Positions 49,105 to 59,656 of a DNA stretch of 64,000 nt are shown here, one piece after another. The translations under genes were made by a program, and so were the position numbers. Origin of the DNA: an uncultured delta proteobacterium (GTDB taxonomy: Bacteria; Desulfobacterota; Binatia; UBA9968). Positions within the stretch are counted from its first letter, which is position 1, and each line of letters opens with the position of its first letter. Location: the NCBI GenBank assembly GCA_963804165.1, contig CAWDPO010000011.1, forward strand, positions 96,001 through 160,000. The letters are read 5' to 3'. Below the pieces are notes generated by a model that did no database searches, had not been told where the DNA came from, and was given only the letters and a program-made list of their open reading frames with translations.

Positions 49105-50098
49105 TTATTTGCGGCCATAGAGCTTGTCGACGAAGCCGCTTTTTTTCATCTCGTCGACGAAGCGGAGCTCGACCATATCCTCGGCTTTGAATTTCGCGGC
49201 GCGCGGGTCGGTCAAGCGCTTGAACATCCAGCGTTTGCTTCAATCCTTCGATGGTCGGATAGGTGTCTTCGACAAGCAGCTCGGAGTTCGCCGCGTGGGC
49301 CGCTTCCAAAATTTCGCGCGGCAGGCCGCGAGTGTATTTTTGCATGATCTTGACCGATTCATCTTTGCGCGTTTTGAAAAAATGAATCGACTCCGCCATG
49401 GTCCAAACCACACGGCGCACTTCGTCGGGATTCTCGCGAATTTTCTTGCGCGTGGTGACGCTGCAATTGAACTGAAACGGCACGTTCAGTTTCGCCATGT
49501 CGATGATCACTTTAAGCCCCAATTTTTCTCCCTGGAGTTTTTCGCCGTCGGTGACCACGGTGAAATCCGCCTGACCCTGGGTGACGGCGGCGAGCCTGGC
49601 GGGCGCGCCGCCCACGGTGATCGCTTTGATTTCTTTGTAAGGGATGCCGGCTTTCGTAAGCGCAAGGCGCATGGCGAAATCCGCCGAGGTGCCGGGGATA
49701 TGCACCGCCGCCGCGCGTCCTTTGAGCATTTCCGGCGACTTGATATTGGCGTTGCCGATGATGAAGTAGGGCAGGGTGTTCATCTGGCTTTGAATGATCG
49801 CGATGTCTCCGCCGGCGAGCTTGGCGTTGATGACCGCCGTTCCCACCGCGCCGCTGTAGCCGAGATCGCCGGCGATCAGGCTCTGAATGCCGCGCACGCT
49901 GCCGTTGATGAAGATCGTATCGAGATCAAGGCCATGCTTCTTGAAGATGCCGGCTTCTTTCGCGATCCAATAGATCACCGAAGAATTGGTCGAATCCGAA
50001 ATGTAGGCGATGTAGCTTTTCGCCTCGGCCGCGCGGCCGGATAAAGTCCACGAGACGAACAACGCGCCAAGGATCATCGGACGAAAATGGATCTTCAT
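49105..50098 (-). CDS. ABC substrate-binding protein, NMT1/SsuA-like (frameshift near 49218)
   Basis: WIAKEAGIFKKHGL; repaired end DPRAAKFKAEDMVELRFVDEMKKSGFVDKLYGRK*. Confidence 0.88.
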
Positions 50099-50194
50099 GA
50101 CGGTGCCTCCTTTGACTGCCACAGGCGGTGCAAGCCGCGGTCACGCTTATCGCATCAACTGACACTGGGCAAGAGGGTTTGGTGAGTCGAAGAG

Positions 50195-51376
50195 CTATTT
50201 CAAAGCCGCCCAGTGCTTGGCCGTGAGAGCGAGTCCCACTGCGCACAAAATGGCCGCGCTGATGTACATCCAACTAAAGCCCGCGATGTCTACGATGAAA
50301 CCATTAAAGAGCGCGCCCACGCCGTTGCTGAGAGGAAACGCCACGGAAAAACTCGCCATCGCCCGGGCGCGTCTTTCGACCGGCGCGCTTTCCATGGCGA
50401 GGGCGAGAATTTGCGCGCCGCCAATGGCGGAGCCGAGATACCAGAGCGCGCCGCCGATGATAATGCCCGCGAGATTCGTAACCATCGGCATGATGAGCAA
50501 TGCGATGGTTTCCAATCCAAAGGCGACGATAAGCGAACGGCCGCAACCGATTTTATCCGAGACGCGGCCGAGGAGCGGGCGAGCTACGGTGCTCGTGATG
50601 CCGATCGCGACGTAGTACCAGCCGAAATGGCTGACGCCGAGTTGTCGCGCGTAGAGCACGACAAAACTCGAAATACAGGGCAGCGAAAGGTGCAGCGTAA
50701 AAAGCAGCGCGGCGGCCAAGACAATGTGGCGGTCGAAGATGTTGAGGATTTCGCGCCACCAGATTTCACCCCCGTCGGGTTCGGTCCGGTGCGGCTGTGG
50801 CGGTACTTGCCGCGACAATAGATAGGCCGCAACCGCGCCCATGAGCACCAGGCTCGTGGCGACAAGAAACACCGCATTGAATCCGCCCTGGGGTGCGTCG
50901 ATGATCCACAACGCAACGGCCGGGAACAATATCGTCGCGGTCGACTGCACTCCTCCGTAGTAACCGGATGCTTCGCCGCGGCGGTTTGCGGGTGCCGCGG
51001 TGGCGAGCAGCGTGTAGCCGCCAGTGTTCATGCCGGACCAACCGATGCCTCGGAGGCCGTTGGCCATCATCGTCGCCCCGGCGAAAGGGATGAGACAGAT
51101 CAGACTGCCCAGAGTTTGCGTCAGCAGACCCAGGATCATGACACCGGTGACGCTCCAACGGTCCGCCCAATAGCCGAGGATTGGCCGCGAGATGACGCTG
51201 GTGACACCGAAGGATGCAATCACCAACCCGACGACAAAAGGCGAGCCGCCGAGATGTGTAATGTAAAGCGGAAAGGTGGGTTGGAGAACGAAGTGCTGCG
51301 CGTAGCCCAGGAATTCCGCCAAGCAGAGCAGGGCGAAGACGCGGGTCCAAATCGATTCGGGCTTGTTAACATTCAT
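50195..51376 (-). CDS. MFS transporter (tandem copy 3)
   Basis: 12 TM pattern, RPILGYWADRW, RRGEASG, RPLLGRVSDKIG. Confidence 0.92.
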   Translation of the reverse strand: MNVNKPESIWTRVFALLCLAEFLGYAQHFVLQPTFPLYITHLGGSPFVVGLVIASFGVTSVISRPILGYWADRWSVTGVMILGLLTQTLGSLICLIPFAGATMMANGLRGIGWSGMNTGGYTLLATAAPANRRGEASGYYGGVQSTATILFPAVALWIIDAPQGGFNAVFLVATSLVLMGAVAAYLLSRQVPPQPHRTEPDGGEIWWREILNIFDRHIVLAAALLFTLHLSLPCISSFVVLYARQLGVSHFGWYYVAIGITSTVARPLLGRVSDKIGCGRSLIVAFGLETIALLIMPMVTNLAGIIIGGALWYLGSAIGGAQILALAMESAPVERRARAMASFSVAFPLSNGVGALFNGFIVDIAGFSWMYISAAILCAVGLALTAKHWAALK

Positions 51377-51389
51377 TGATGAGCATTCG

Positions 51390-52586
51390 TCAATTTGACT
51401 GCGCTCTGAGGTTGGCCGCGTTGATCAATACGAAGATCAACCCCAGCGCCTGCACCGCGGTCAAGATGAAAAACATGCCGGTGTAGCCGGCGAATTCCAC
51501 GGCGCTACCGGTGAGCAGCGAGCCCATGCCGTAGCTCAGCGGATATGCGATCGAGAAAGTCGCCATTTGCTTGCCGCGGCGCTGCGGGTCGGCGCGCTCG
51601 AGCGCGATCGCCAGGGTGGTCGAGCTGCCGATGGCATTGCCGAGCATGTAAACCACGCCGCAGACAATCATGCCGACGAGATTTGAAACCGTCGTGATCA
51701 GCAGCAGGCTTGCTACCTGCAAACCAAATCCAGCGGCGACCGAGAGATCGCGCCCGATCTTATCGGAGAGCCGGCCGAGCAGCGGACGCGCCAGCAAGCT
51801 CGTTATGCCGACGATGATGAAGAACGGTCCGAAATTTGTCACGCCGAGCTCGCGGGCGTAGAGCACGCTAAAGTTCGTGATCGCAGGCAGCGAAACGTTC
51901 AGCCACAGCAGCATGACCGACGGTAGCAAGATATCGTGCTCGATGAAATGAAATATCTCGCGCCACCATTGGCGAGATGTTGTCGGTGCCGCGTTGGGAC
52001 GCGCGGCATGAGTCACGTGGCGCGCCGTCATCCCGCCGAGCACGGCGCCGAGCCAAGAAAAGATTGTCGTGGCGAGAAACACGGCGGAAAAACCGCCGAA
52101 CGATTGATGGAGCAGCCAGAGGGCGAAAGCCGGAAACAAAATCGACGAGGCGCTTTGCACGCCGCTGTATAAACCGGAGGCTTCGCCGCGGCGCGACTCG
52201 GGTGCGATATGCGCCAGCAGCGAATAACCGCCGGTATTGAGTCCGCCCCAGCCGATGCCGCGCAAACCGTTGGCGAGCATCGCGGTTTCCACCCGCGGAA
52301 TGAAGCAGAAACAGATACTCGCGCCTTGGAAAAGGAGTCCGGAGATCATCACTCCCGCTTCGCTCCAACGGTCGGCCCAGTGGCCGACGAGCGGCCGGAC
52401 GATGACGCTGGTGGCGGCGAAACAGGCGAGCACCATGCCGACGATAAAGGGCGAGCCGCCGAGCTGGGTGACATAGAGGGGTAAGACCGGAGCGAGCATG
52501 GCGTTCTGCGCGTAGCCCAAAAACTGCGCCGCGCAGAGGATCAAGAATGTCTTTGTCCAAATCGTGTCCGGCGAGTTGTTGCTCAT
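51390..52586 (-). CDS. MFS transporter (tandem copy 2)
   Basis: RPLVGHWADRW, RRGEASG, RPLLGRLSDKIG. Confidence 0.92.
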   Translation of the reverse strand: MSNNSPDTIWTKTFLILCAAQFLGYAQNAMLAPVLPLYVTQLGGSPFIVGMVLACFAATSVIVRPLVGHWADRWSEAGVMISGLLFQGASICFCFIPRVETAMLANGLRGIGWGGLNTGGYSLLAHIAPESRRGEASGLYSGVQSASSILFPAFALWLLHQSFGGFSAVFLATTIFSWLGAVLGGMTARHVTHAARPNAAPTTSRQWWREIFHFIEHDILLPSVMLLWLNVSLPAITNFSVLYARELGVTNFGPFFIIVGITSLLARPLLGRLSDKIGRDLSVAAGFGLQVASLLLITTVSNLVGMIVCGVVYMLGNAIGSSTTLAIALERADPQRRGKQMATFSIAYPLSYGMGSLLTGSAVEFAGYTGMFFILTAVQALGLIFVLINAANLRAQSN

Positions 52587-52608
52587 GAAATCTTTTCCGC
52601 CGGCAATC

Positions 52609-53790
52609 TCATCTAAGGCGCGCGCGGCTCAAGACTGTCACGATCAGACCGAGCGCCGCGATGCCGGCAGCGGTGAGATACATCCAAAAATATCCAAACG
52701 ATTGAACCACAGCGCCGCAGACCAGCGCGCCGACGCCGTTGCTCAGCGGTAAGGCGATGGAAAACGTCGCCATGGCTCTGCCTCTCCGTTCGGGTTTGGC
52801 CTGTTCCATGGCGATCGCCAAGGTTGTCGAACTGCTCATGGCCAGACCCACCATATACAGCGCGCCCGAAATCATCAGGGCGATGAGCGTGGCAGCGTGG
52901 GCTAGAGTTACGAGAGCGAGTGTCTGTAGAACAAAACACGCGAGCAAGGCGCGGCGCCGGCCGATCTTGTCGGAAACCTTGCCCAACAGCGGACGCGCGA
53001 GAATGCTGGTCGTGCCGCTGGCGACGTAGAACCAACCAATGTTGTCGATGCCGAGCTCCCGAGCATAGAGCACTAGGAAACTGGCCACCGCCGGAAAAGT
53101 CACATGGGAGCTGAACGATAGCACCGAGGCAAGAATGATTTCCCGGTCCAAAACATTCAAAATCTCCTGCCACCAGGGTCCGGGCTCGCTACTTTGCCGA
53201 TCGTGAATCTTCTTGGGCGCTTGTCGAGCGAGGATCGTGCTGGTGCCGGCGCCGAGTGCGGCTAGAACAATCGCTACGACGAAAACCACCTGGAAGCCAC
53301 CGAACGGCGCGTCGATGAGCCACAGCGCCACCGCCGGCAACAAAATGGTCCCGCTGGCTTGGACGCCGCTATAATAACCCGATGCTTCGCCGCGCCGTTG
53401 CGGCGGAGCGCTGAGCGCGAGCAAAGAATAACCGGCGGCGCTCATCGCCGCCCAGCCGATGCCGCGAAGAGCGTTGGCGAACATGGTCGCTTCGGGGTAC
53501 GGGATGAAGCAGATCAACACCGCGGCGGATAACAACGACAGGCCGCAAACGGATACACCCGCTTCGGACCATTGGTCGGCCCAGCCGCCGATGAGTGGAC
53601 GGAAGACGACGCTGGTCACGGCGAAGCAGGCGAGCACGAGGCCGACTTTAAACGGCGTGCCGCCGAGAGAGGTGATGTAAAGCGGAAAGGTCGGTTGCAG
53701 CAGCGCGTGTTGAGCCGAACCGAAAAACTGAGCGCCGCAGAGTAACGCGAAGACCGGAGTCCACAGGGACTGGGATTTTTGTGCGGCCAT
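52609..53790 (-). CDS. MFS transporter (tandem copy 1)
   Basis: RPLIGGWADQW, RRGEASG, RPLLGKVSDKIG; start MAAQKS chosen by alignment with the paralogues. Confidence 0.92.
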   Translation of the reverse strand: MAAQKSQSLWTPVFALLCGAQFFGSAQHALLQPTFPLYITSLGGTPFKVGLVLACFAVTSVVFRPLIGGWADQWSEAGVSVCGLSLLSAAVLICFIPYPEATMFANALRGIGWAAMSAAGYSLLALSAPPQRRGEASGYYSGVQASGTILLPAVALWLIDAPFGGFQVVFVVAIVLAALGAGTSTILARQAPKKIHDRQSSEPGPWWQEILNVLDREIILASVLSFSSHVTFPAVASFLVLYARELGIDNIGWFYVASGTTSILARPLLGKVSDKIGRRRALLACFVLQTLALVTLAHAATLIALMISGALYMVGLAMSSSTTLAIAMEQAKPERRGRAMATFSIALPLSNGVGALVCGAVVQSFGYFWMYLTAAGIAALGLIVTVLSRARLR

Positions 53791-54262
53791 GAAAGCGAAG
53801 ATTTGCCGAAAAGGTTCTTTGCGCGGCCTGTCGAGTTCCAGACGAGGCGAGGAGTGCAAAGCGCATCCAAACTAACACGAAGCAAAGGCGGAAGCGAGAT
53901 GGAATTTAGAGAAACGCCACCACCGAGCGCCGCCTCTCAAGCTTCTGCCCGCATACACGCAGCGGTTGCAAGGCACGAGATGGGTGACATCGGCACAGCG
54001 AGTTTGTTTGGATGTTGTGGAAGTGGAAGTAGGGTTGCGATCAAGATGATCTGCGCTTGATCAAACTACCGACGAGTTGGTTTGATCAAAAATAGCAGAA
54101 CAGGAAGGCAGCAGGTCGAATTGTTGAAGGTTGAGGCCAAACCGATCCCACCATCAACCGGATCCAGCAGTTGCGGGATCGAATCGAACAAAAGAACTCA
54201 ACACTCAGGGTGCGAGCCGCGTGTTCAAGTTTCTTGCAAAAAAGATAGTCGAGTGTTTTGTC

Positions 54263-54616
54263 TCAGAGCCCGGCAGACGCGAAACTTTGGTTCGACGCTT
54301 CGTGAGTCATAGGCTCGGGGGAGGGCAGAAATCTCTGTCCGCGCCCCACCATCGTAGAAAGAAAATTGTATTCGCACGCATCACAAATGAGCGCTGAGAG
54401 CGGTAGTTGCTCGGTACAGTTTGGACACTTCTTTAGCGCCGGGATGCGCGGCCTGTCAAAAAGTCGATCGGAAACGGAATTATTCGCAAGCTTGCTTTCC
54501 GCTACAAAAGTTTTGAAAGAGCGGGCGTATTTCTTTTTCGCTATCATTGCCGCCAGAAAAACGAGGATCAGCGCTATTGCAGAAAAATGAAGAATATTTA
54601 AGCCGTCGGCCATCAT
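54263..54616 (-). CDS. Small membrane protein with zinc-ribbon motif
   Basis: N-terminal TM; KKCPNCTEQ...ICDACEYNF; GGGAG upstream. Confidence 0.7.
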   Translation of the reverse strand: MMADGLNILHFSAIALILVFLAAMIAKKKYARSFKTFVAESKLANNSVSDRLFDRPRIPALKKCPNCTEQLPLSALICDACEYNFLSTMVGRGQRFLPSPEPMTHEASNQSFASAGL

Positions 54617-55280
54617 AAGAGTTCTCCCGTCCGTCTCTACCCATTCCGCTAAGATTGAAAAATTTCCCATAATCGATTGGTACTGATGTAGAGCAACGGG
54701 AATGCCGAAAAACGGTGTTTATTCATTACGCTAGGATGGCACGCATGTCCGCAAATGTGCCAATCCCGTCCATTGTCAAACTGCCCCAATTCTGCCCAGG
54801 GATGGAACAACGGGTTTTTTAGCCCGCGTGATCGGCGGTGGCCGGGTCGAGGTTTCAGGAAGAAACTTGAGGCCGCACGCCGGTCGGTCGCGACTTTAGG
54901 CCATCCGATCCGGTGAGATGAATTGGCGGTAGATGAGTTCACGCGTGGGCGATGGAACTTGAATACATTCCCTGTCATTCATTTCGTGCCTTCGCTCCGG
55001 AGGGTTGAATCGCGCGGACAACCCGGAAGCGGATCACCGCGGGCGGAACAGGATCTATCGCGCCAGTCATTTCGCTTTTCGACTCCTTCTAGAACCAGAC
55101 TCACTGACACTCGGAGCCAGACCGAACTCTCCATGTCCTCGCGACTCTGCCCGCAACGAGACGCGGATAAACACGCCGCACGAACACGATCACGATGGCT
55201 CGGAGACGGCGAGCCATCGGCGCTCGATTTCGACGCTAGCAGATCCGGCGAGAAAAATGACTGCGATGAAACCGTACCCA

Positions 55281-55305
55281 AGTCACTTGCATAATGATAG
55301 TTACT
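55281..55305. promoter_or_regulatory. Imperfect palindrome, probable operator of the HxlR-family regulator
   Basis: AGTCACT-TG-CATAATG-AT-AGTTACT, 16 nt upstream of the regulator ATG, containing a CATAAT -10-like box. Confidence 0.55.
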
Positions 55306-55321
55306 GGAGTATATTTTTTCT

Positions 55322-55879
55322 ATGCAACGTAAAAGCTTCGGGAAGATGGCCTGTCCTATCGCGCGCAGCCTTGAGCGGGTCGGCGAGTGGTGGAGCATCC
55401 TGATTATTCGCGACGCCTTGCACGGGTTCACGCGCTTTGACGAATTCCAGAAGAGCCTGAACATCGCGCCCAACATGCTGACCCGGCGGTTGAACGCTTT
55501 GGTCGATGCCGGTCTCCTGCAGCGCCGTCGTTACAACGAACGGCCGCCGCGCTACGAGTATATTCTGACTGAGCGGGGCCGCGACTTTCGCTCGGTCATA
55601 GTGGCGATGTTCGCCTGGGGCAACAGGCACTTCGCTCCCGAGGGCGCCAGCGTATTGCTCATCGATAAAAAGTCCCGCGCGGTGGCCGATCCGGTGCTGG
55701 TCGATCGAAAAAGCGGTCGACCCTTCACCGAGCGCGACTATGGATTTGCCGCCGGTCCTGCCGCCAGCGAGAGCACGCGCCGCCGCTACGCATTCATCCA
55801 GCAGAAACAAATCGCCGCGCAGCAGTCGTCGAAAGCGGTGCGCGGCAGTCTCCAAGGCAGAAAGCCCAGGGCGTCATGA
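55322..55879 (+). CDS. HxlR/DUF24 family winged-helix transcriptional regulator
   Basis: CPIARSLERVGEWWSILI, RFDEFQ, LTRRL, PPRYEYILTERG. Confidence 0.93.
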   Translation: MQRKSFGKMACPIARSLERVGEWWSILIIRDALHGFTRFDEFQKSLNIAPNMLTRRLNALVDAGLLQRRRYNERPPRYEYILTERGRDFRSVIVAMFAWGNRHFAPEGASVLLIDKKSRAVADPVLVDRKSGRPFTERDYGFAAGPAASESTRRRYAFIQQKQIAAQQSSKAVRGSLQGRKPRAS

Positions 55880-57291
55880 TTACCGCAGCAAGCCGCCAGG
55901 CAGTAATCGCCGCTCCCGTCGTTGCGCCGCCGCGAGCTGCTGCTGAAGTCGACTCACGCACGCGCCAGCTATTGCGCGGAGCCATCGTTCCTACGTTGCT
56001 GCGTCTTGCTTGGCCCAATATCCTCGTCATGCTAGCCCAGGCGTCTACGGGGTTGATCGAAACCTGGTGGGTTTCGCATCTCGGCACCGACGCGTTGGCC
56101 GGGATGGCGCTGGTATTTCCCGTTGTCATGTTGATGCAGATGGTTTCCGCCGGAGCCATGGGCGGCGGCATCTCTTCGGCGGTCGCGCGGGCATTGGGGG
56201 CCGGGCGCCGCGATGAAGCCGACTCGCTGGTATTGCATGCGGTTGTCGTCAACGTTGCTCTAGGTGTTTTCTTCTCGATCGTCATGCTCGCATTCGGTTC
56301 GACGATATACCGCGCGTTGGGTGGGACAGGCGGCGAGCTGCAGACGGCGCTCAGCTACTCCAACGTTGTCTTCGCCGGCAACGTTTTACTCTGGACCATG
56401 AACGCGCTGGCGAGCGTGATCCGTGGCACCGGCAACATGCTGGTGCCGGCCATGGTCATCTGCGCGGGTGTGATTGTTCTCGTGCCGCTCTCGCCTTTTC
56501 TGATCTTCGGCGTTGGTCCTTTCCCGGAGCTTGGCGTGGCCGGAGCGGGATTGGCGCTTGTTCTTTTCTATGCGGCGGGAACCGCGGTTCTTCTCTGGTA
56601 CATCCTTTCCGGACGCAACCTGGCGCGCTTGCGGTTGACGCCTCTGCGTTGGCCGCTGTTTCGCGATATTTTAGCCGTGGGTGCGGTCGCCGCGATTACC
56701 TCACTGCAAACCAACGTGACGATCGCGCTCGCCACAGCGTTGGTCGCTGGCGTCTCCGGAACCAACGCTGTCGCCGGCTACGGCACTGGTGTGCGCTTGG
56801 AGTATCTACTGGTGCCGGTGATCTTCGGCTTGGGTGCGCCGCTGGTGGCGTTCGTCGGCACCAACATCGGCGCTGGCCAAAAACAAAGAGCGCTGCGCAT
56901 CGCGCTGGTCGGCGGCGCCATCGCCTTTGCAATCAGCGAAGCGCTCGGGCTGATCGCAGCGCTTTGGCCGCAGGCGTGGCTCGCGCTCTTCAGTCCCGAT
57001 CCCGGCGTGATCGAGACGGGCAGCGCTTACTTGCGCATCGTCGGACCGACGTATGGATTCTTTGGCTTGGGCCTGGCGCTCTATTTCGCATCCCAAGGCG
57101 CCGCGCGGCTTTTCTGGCCTTTGTTAACGGGATTCCTGCGTGTCTTGGTCGCAATCGGCGGTGGCTGGCTTGTGCTTCATCTGACCGGCTCGCTCAACTG
57201 GCTGTTCGCGGCGCTCGGCTTGGGCCTGATCGTCTATGGTGTTGGCATTACGGTCGCGGTCAGATCTGGGTCGTGGTTCAATCGTGAGTAA
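55876..57291 (+). CDS. MATE family efflux transporter
   Basis: LLRLAWP, LGTDALAG, RGTGNM, LGVAGAG, VGTNIGAG; ATGA overlap with the regulator. Confidence 0.93.
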   Translation: MITAASRQAVIAAPVVAPPRAAAEVDSRTRQLLRGAIVPTLLRLAWPNILVMLAQASTGLIETWWVSHLGTDALAGMALVFPVVMLMQMVSAGAMGGGISSAVARALGAGRRDEADSLVLHAVVVNVALGVFFSIVMLAFGSTIYRALGGTGGELQTALSYSNVVFAGNVLLWTMNALASVIRGTGNMLVPAMVICAGVIVLVPLSPFLIFGVGPFPELGVAGAGLALVLFYAAGTAVLLWYILSGRNLARLRLTPLRWPLFRDILAVGAVAAITSLQTNVTIALATALVAGVSGTNAVAGYGTGVRLEYLLVPVIFGLGAPLVAFVGTNIGAGQKQRALRIALVGGAIAFAISEALGLIAALWPQAWLALFSPDPGVIETGSAYLRIVGPTYGFFGLGLALYFASQGAARLFWPLLTGFLRVLVAIGGGWLVLHLTGSLNWLFAALGLGLIVYGVGITVAVRSGSWFNRE

Positions 57292-57507
57292 TCCATAAAA
57301 GAGCCCGGTTAACCGCAATGAATGATAATGCAGTTAGCTGCTTCCGTGCTCCCGGCACGACAAATGTTCACCGTTCAAACCTCCGCGGAAATGTAGAAAA
57401 TGCGCGGTGCGCGTGATTGCAGATCGCGTAAACGCGAAAAGCTGATCTAGACATTTTTGCGGAGTTGGAGTAAGCGGGTTCTTTGAGCCACCGGAACAGA
57501 GCAAAGC

Positions 57508-58503
57508 ATGAAACGAAGCGTGACGTCGATATTGCTAGTTGCTTTACTGCTGGCGCCGCTGTCTAAATTAGCGGCCGCGGAAGTGCCGCTCAAAGTCGTC
57601 AACGTCGCGGTGCCGGCGGTGTCGCTCTTGCAATCGCCGCTGTTCGTCGCCATCGATGCCGGCGCGTTTAAAAAATACGGTATGGAGGTTCGCTACATCG
57701 TCACCGGCGCGCGCACGATTCAGGCACTGGTCGGCGGCTCGGTGCAGTTCGCCCAGGGGGTTTCCAGCCGTACCGTGCCCGCGGCGGTGTTGGCGGGAGC
57801 GGACGCGGTGTTGATCGCAAACTTCAGCGACAAGCTCTTGTTCACCATGCACAGCGCGCCGGAAATAAATTCGCTGCAAGATTTGAAAGGTAAGGTCGTG
57901 GGTGTCTCCGGCATCGGTGGCTCCACCGACTTCGCCACACGGCTGGCGCTCCGGGAAGCCGGGCTCACTCCCGATAAAGATGTCGTAATCCGCGGCGTGG
58001 GCGGCGTGCCCGAGACTGTCGCGGCGCTCAAAGCCAAAGCTGTGCAAGCCGGCACGCTTTCGCCGCCCTCTTCCTTTGTCGCGCAGAAGGCCGGCTTTAA
58101 ACTATTATTCGATATGTCGAGCTTGGGCGTGGATTACGTGTCGTCGGGGCTCGGCGTTAAAAAATCTTATCTGACCGCCAATCGGCTCGAAGCCAAGCAG
58201 TTTCTCATGGCGATGATCGAGGGGGCAAAAATTTTGACCACCAACGAGGAATTCGCATTGCGCGTGCTCGCCAAGCACACGCGCATCTCGGATCGCGAGG
58301 TTTTAAAAGACAGCTATAATTACCTGCGGCCATTTTTCTTAAAAGTCCCTTATCCGTCGCAACGAGCGATCAAAGATACCCTGGACATTCTCGCCAAGGA
58401 TCTGCCCAAAGCGAAAGACGCCGACCCCAAGGATTTCATCGACAACTCGCTGGTGCGAGAACTCGAATCGAGCCGCTATATCGAGAGTGTTTATGGCAAA
58501 TGA
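57508..58503 (+). CDS. ABC substrate-binding protein, NMT1/SsuA-like
   Basis: Signal peptide, PLFVAIDAGAFKKYG, DLKGKVVGVS, DPKDFIDNS. Confidence 0.9.
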   Translation: MKRSVTSILLVALLLAPLSKLAAAEVPLKVVNVAVPAVSLLQSPLFVAIDAGAFKKYGMEVRYIVTGARTIQALVGGSVQFAQGVSSRTVPAAVLAGADAVLIANFSDKLLFTMHSAPEINSLQDLKGKVVGVSGIGGSTDFATRLALREAGLTPDKDVVIRGVGGVPETVAALKAKAVQAGTLSPPSSFVAQKAGFKLLFDMSSLGVDYVSSGLGVKKSYLTANRLEAKQFLMAMIEGAKILTTNEEFALRVLAKHTRISDREVLKDSYNYLRPFFLKVPYPSQRAIKDTLDILAKDLPKAKDADPKDFIDNSLVRELESSRYIESVYGK

Positions 58504-59656
58504 CACGCAATACCGCTTTATCTCCGCCGACGATCACATTGACCTGCGCTGGTTGCCGGAAGATCTCTGGAGGGCGCGTCTGCCGGCCAAGCTGCGCGAG
58601 CGCGGTCCGCGCGTCGTCGAAAACGACAAGGGCTCGTTCTGGACCTGGGAAGGCCAGACCTTCAGCCCGCACGGTTACTACACGGCGGCGCAGGGTAGCG
58701 GCGCCATGTGGGCCATCGAGCGCGGCGGCGTGATGCGCGAGGGCGAGCTGCGTCCCACCACGGCGGAACTTCGCTTGAGCGACATGGACAGAGACGGCGC
58801 CGATGTGTCGGTCATGTACGGTCCCACCGACCCGATGGCGATTGAAGATGCGGAACTGAGACGCGCTTGCTACGAGGCGTACAATGATTGGTTGAGCGAA
58901 TTCTGCGCCGCGAAACCCGAGCGTTTGATCGGCGTTGCGCAGCTCTCCATGGAAGATCCTGAGGCCGCGCATGATGAGCTCGCGCGTCTGGCCCAAGGGC
59001 GCGGCCTGCGCCATGTTAACATACTCGCCTCGCGCGCCAATCCCCCGGTGTATGATGAGCGTTGGGAATCTTTTTGGGCGCTGGCCGAGGAAGTCGGCAT
59101 TCCTATCGGTTTCCACCTCGCGGTGCTCGTCAAAAAGACCCGCCTCGACGAAGCCAACCGCGGCGCCGTCAACCTGGTGGTCGCTACCGCATCGCGTTTT
59201 GCCCAGGAGCCGCCCGGCATGCAACTGCTTGAACCGATGACCGGTCTGATCTTCAACGGCGTGCTCGATCGCCATCCGCGCGTCAAGATCGTCATGGCCG
59301 AAGCCGGCCTCGCCTGGGTGCCGAGCATGATTCAGGGCCTCGATATCTGGTACCAGCGAACGAAAGACGGCCGCAGGCTGACAGGCGACGGTCCGATCAC
59401 GCTGCCGAAATTACTGCCCAGCGAATATTTTCACCGGCAAATCTGGATCAGCTTCGTCGACGATCCCCTCGGCGTGAAAATGGTCGGCAACGTCCTCGAC
59501 GCCGACAAGGTAATGTTCGGCTCCGACTACCCCCACCCGGCCAGCACCTGGCCCGACTCGCAGAAGGTCATTGCAGACGCCGCGCGAAATCTACCGGCCG
59601 GCATCCGGCAAAAAATATTCCGCGACAATGCCCGCGCCCTGTTTGGAATTGAATAA
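58493..59656 (+). CDS. Amidohydrolase_2 family protein
   Basis: ISADDH, DMDRDG, AYNDWL, IGFH, AEAGLAWVP, FGSDYPH, NARALF. Confidence 0.9.
   Translation: MANDTQYRFISADDHIDLRWLPEDLWRARLPAKLRERGPRVVENDKGSFWTWEGQTFSPHGYYTAAQGSGAMWAIERGGVMREGELRPTTAELRLSDMDRDGADVSVMYGPTDPMAIEDAELRRACYEAYNDWLSEFCAAKPERLIGVAQLSMEDPEAAHDELARLAQGRGLRHVNILASRANPPVYDERWESFWALAEEVGIPIGFHLAVLVKKTRLDEANRGAVNLVVATASRFAQEPPGMQLLEPMTGLIFNGVLDRHPRVKIVMAEAGLAWVPSMIQGLDIWYQRTKDGRRLTGDGPITLPKLLPSEYFHRQIWISFVDDPLGVKMVGNVLDADKVMFGSDYPHPASTWPDSQKVIADAARNLPAGIRQKIFRDNARALFGIE

Noticed and set aside
54923-55294. Overlapping ORFs of 109-165 aa upstream of the HxlR gene
   Set aside because: Arg/Ser-rich composition, no RBS or motif support
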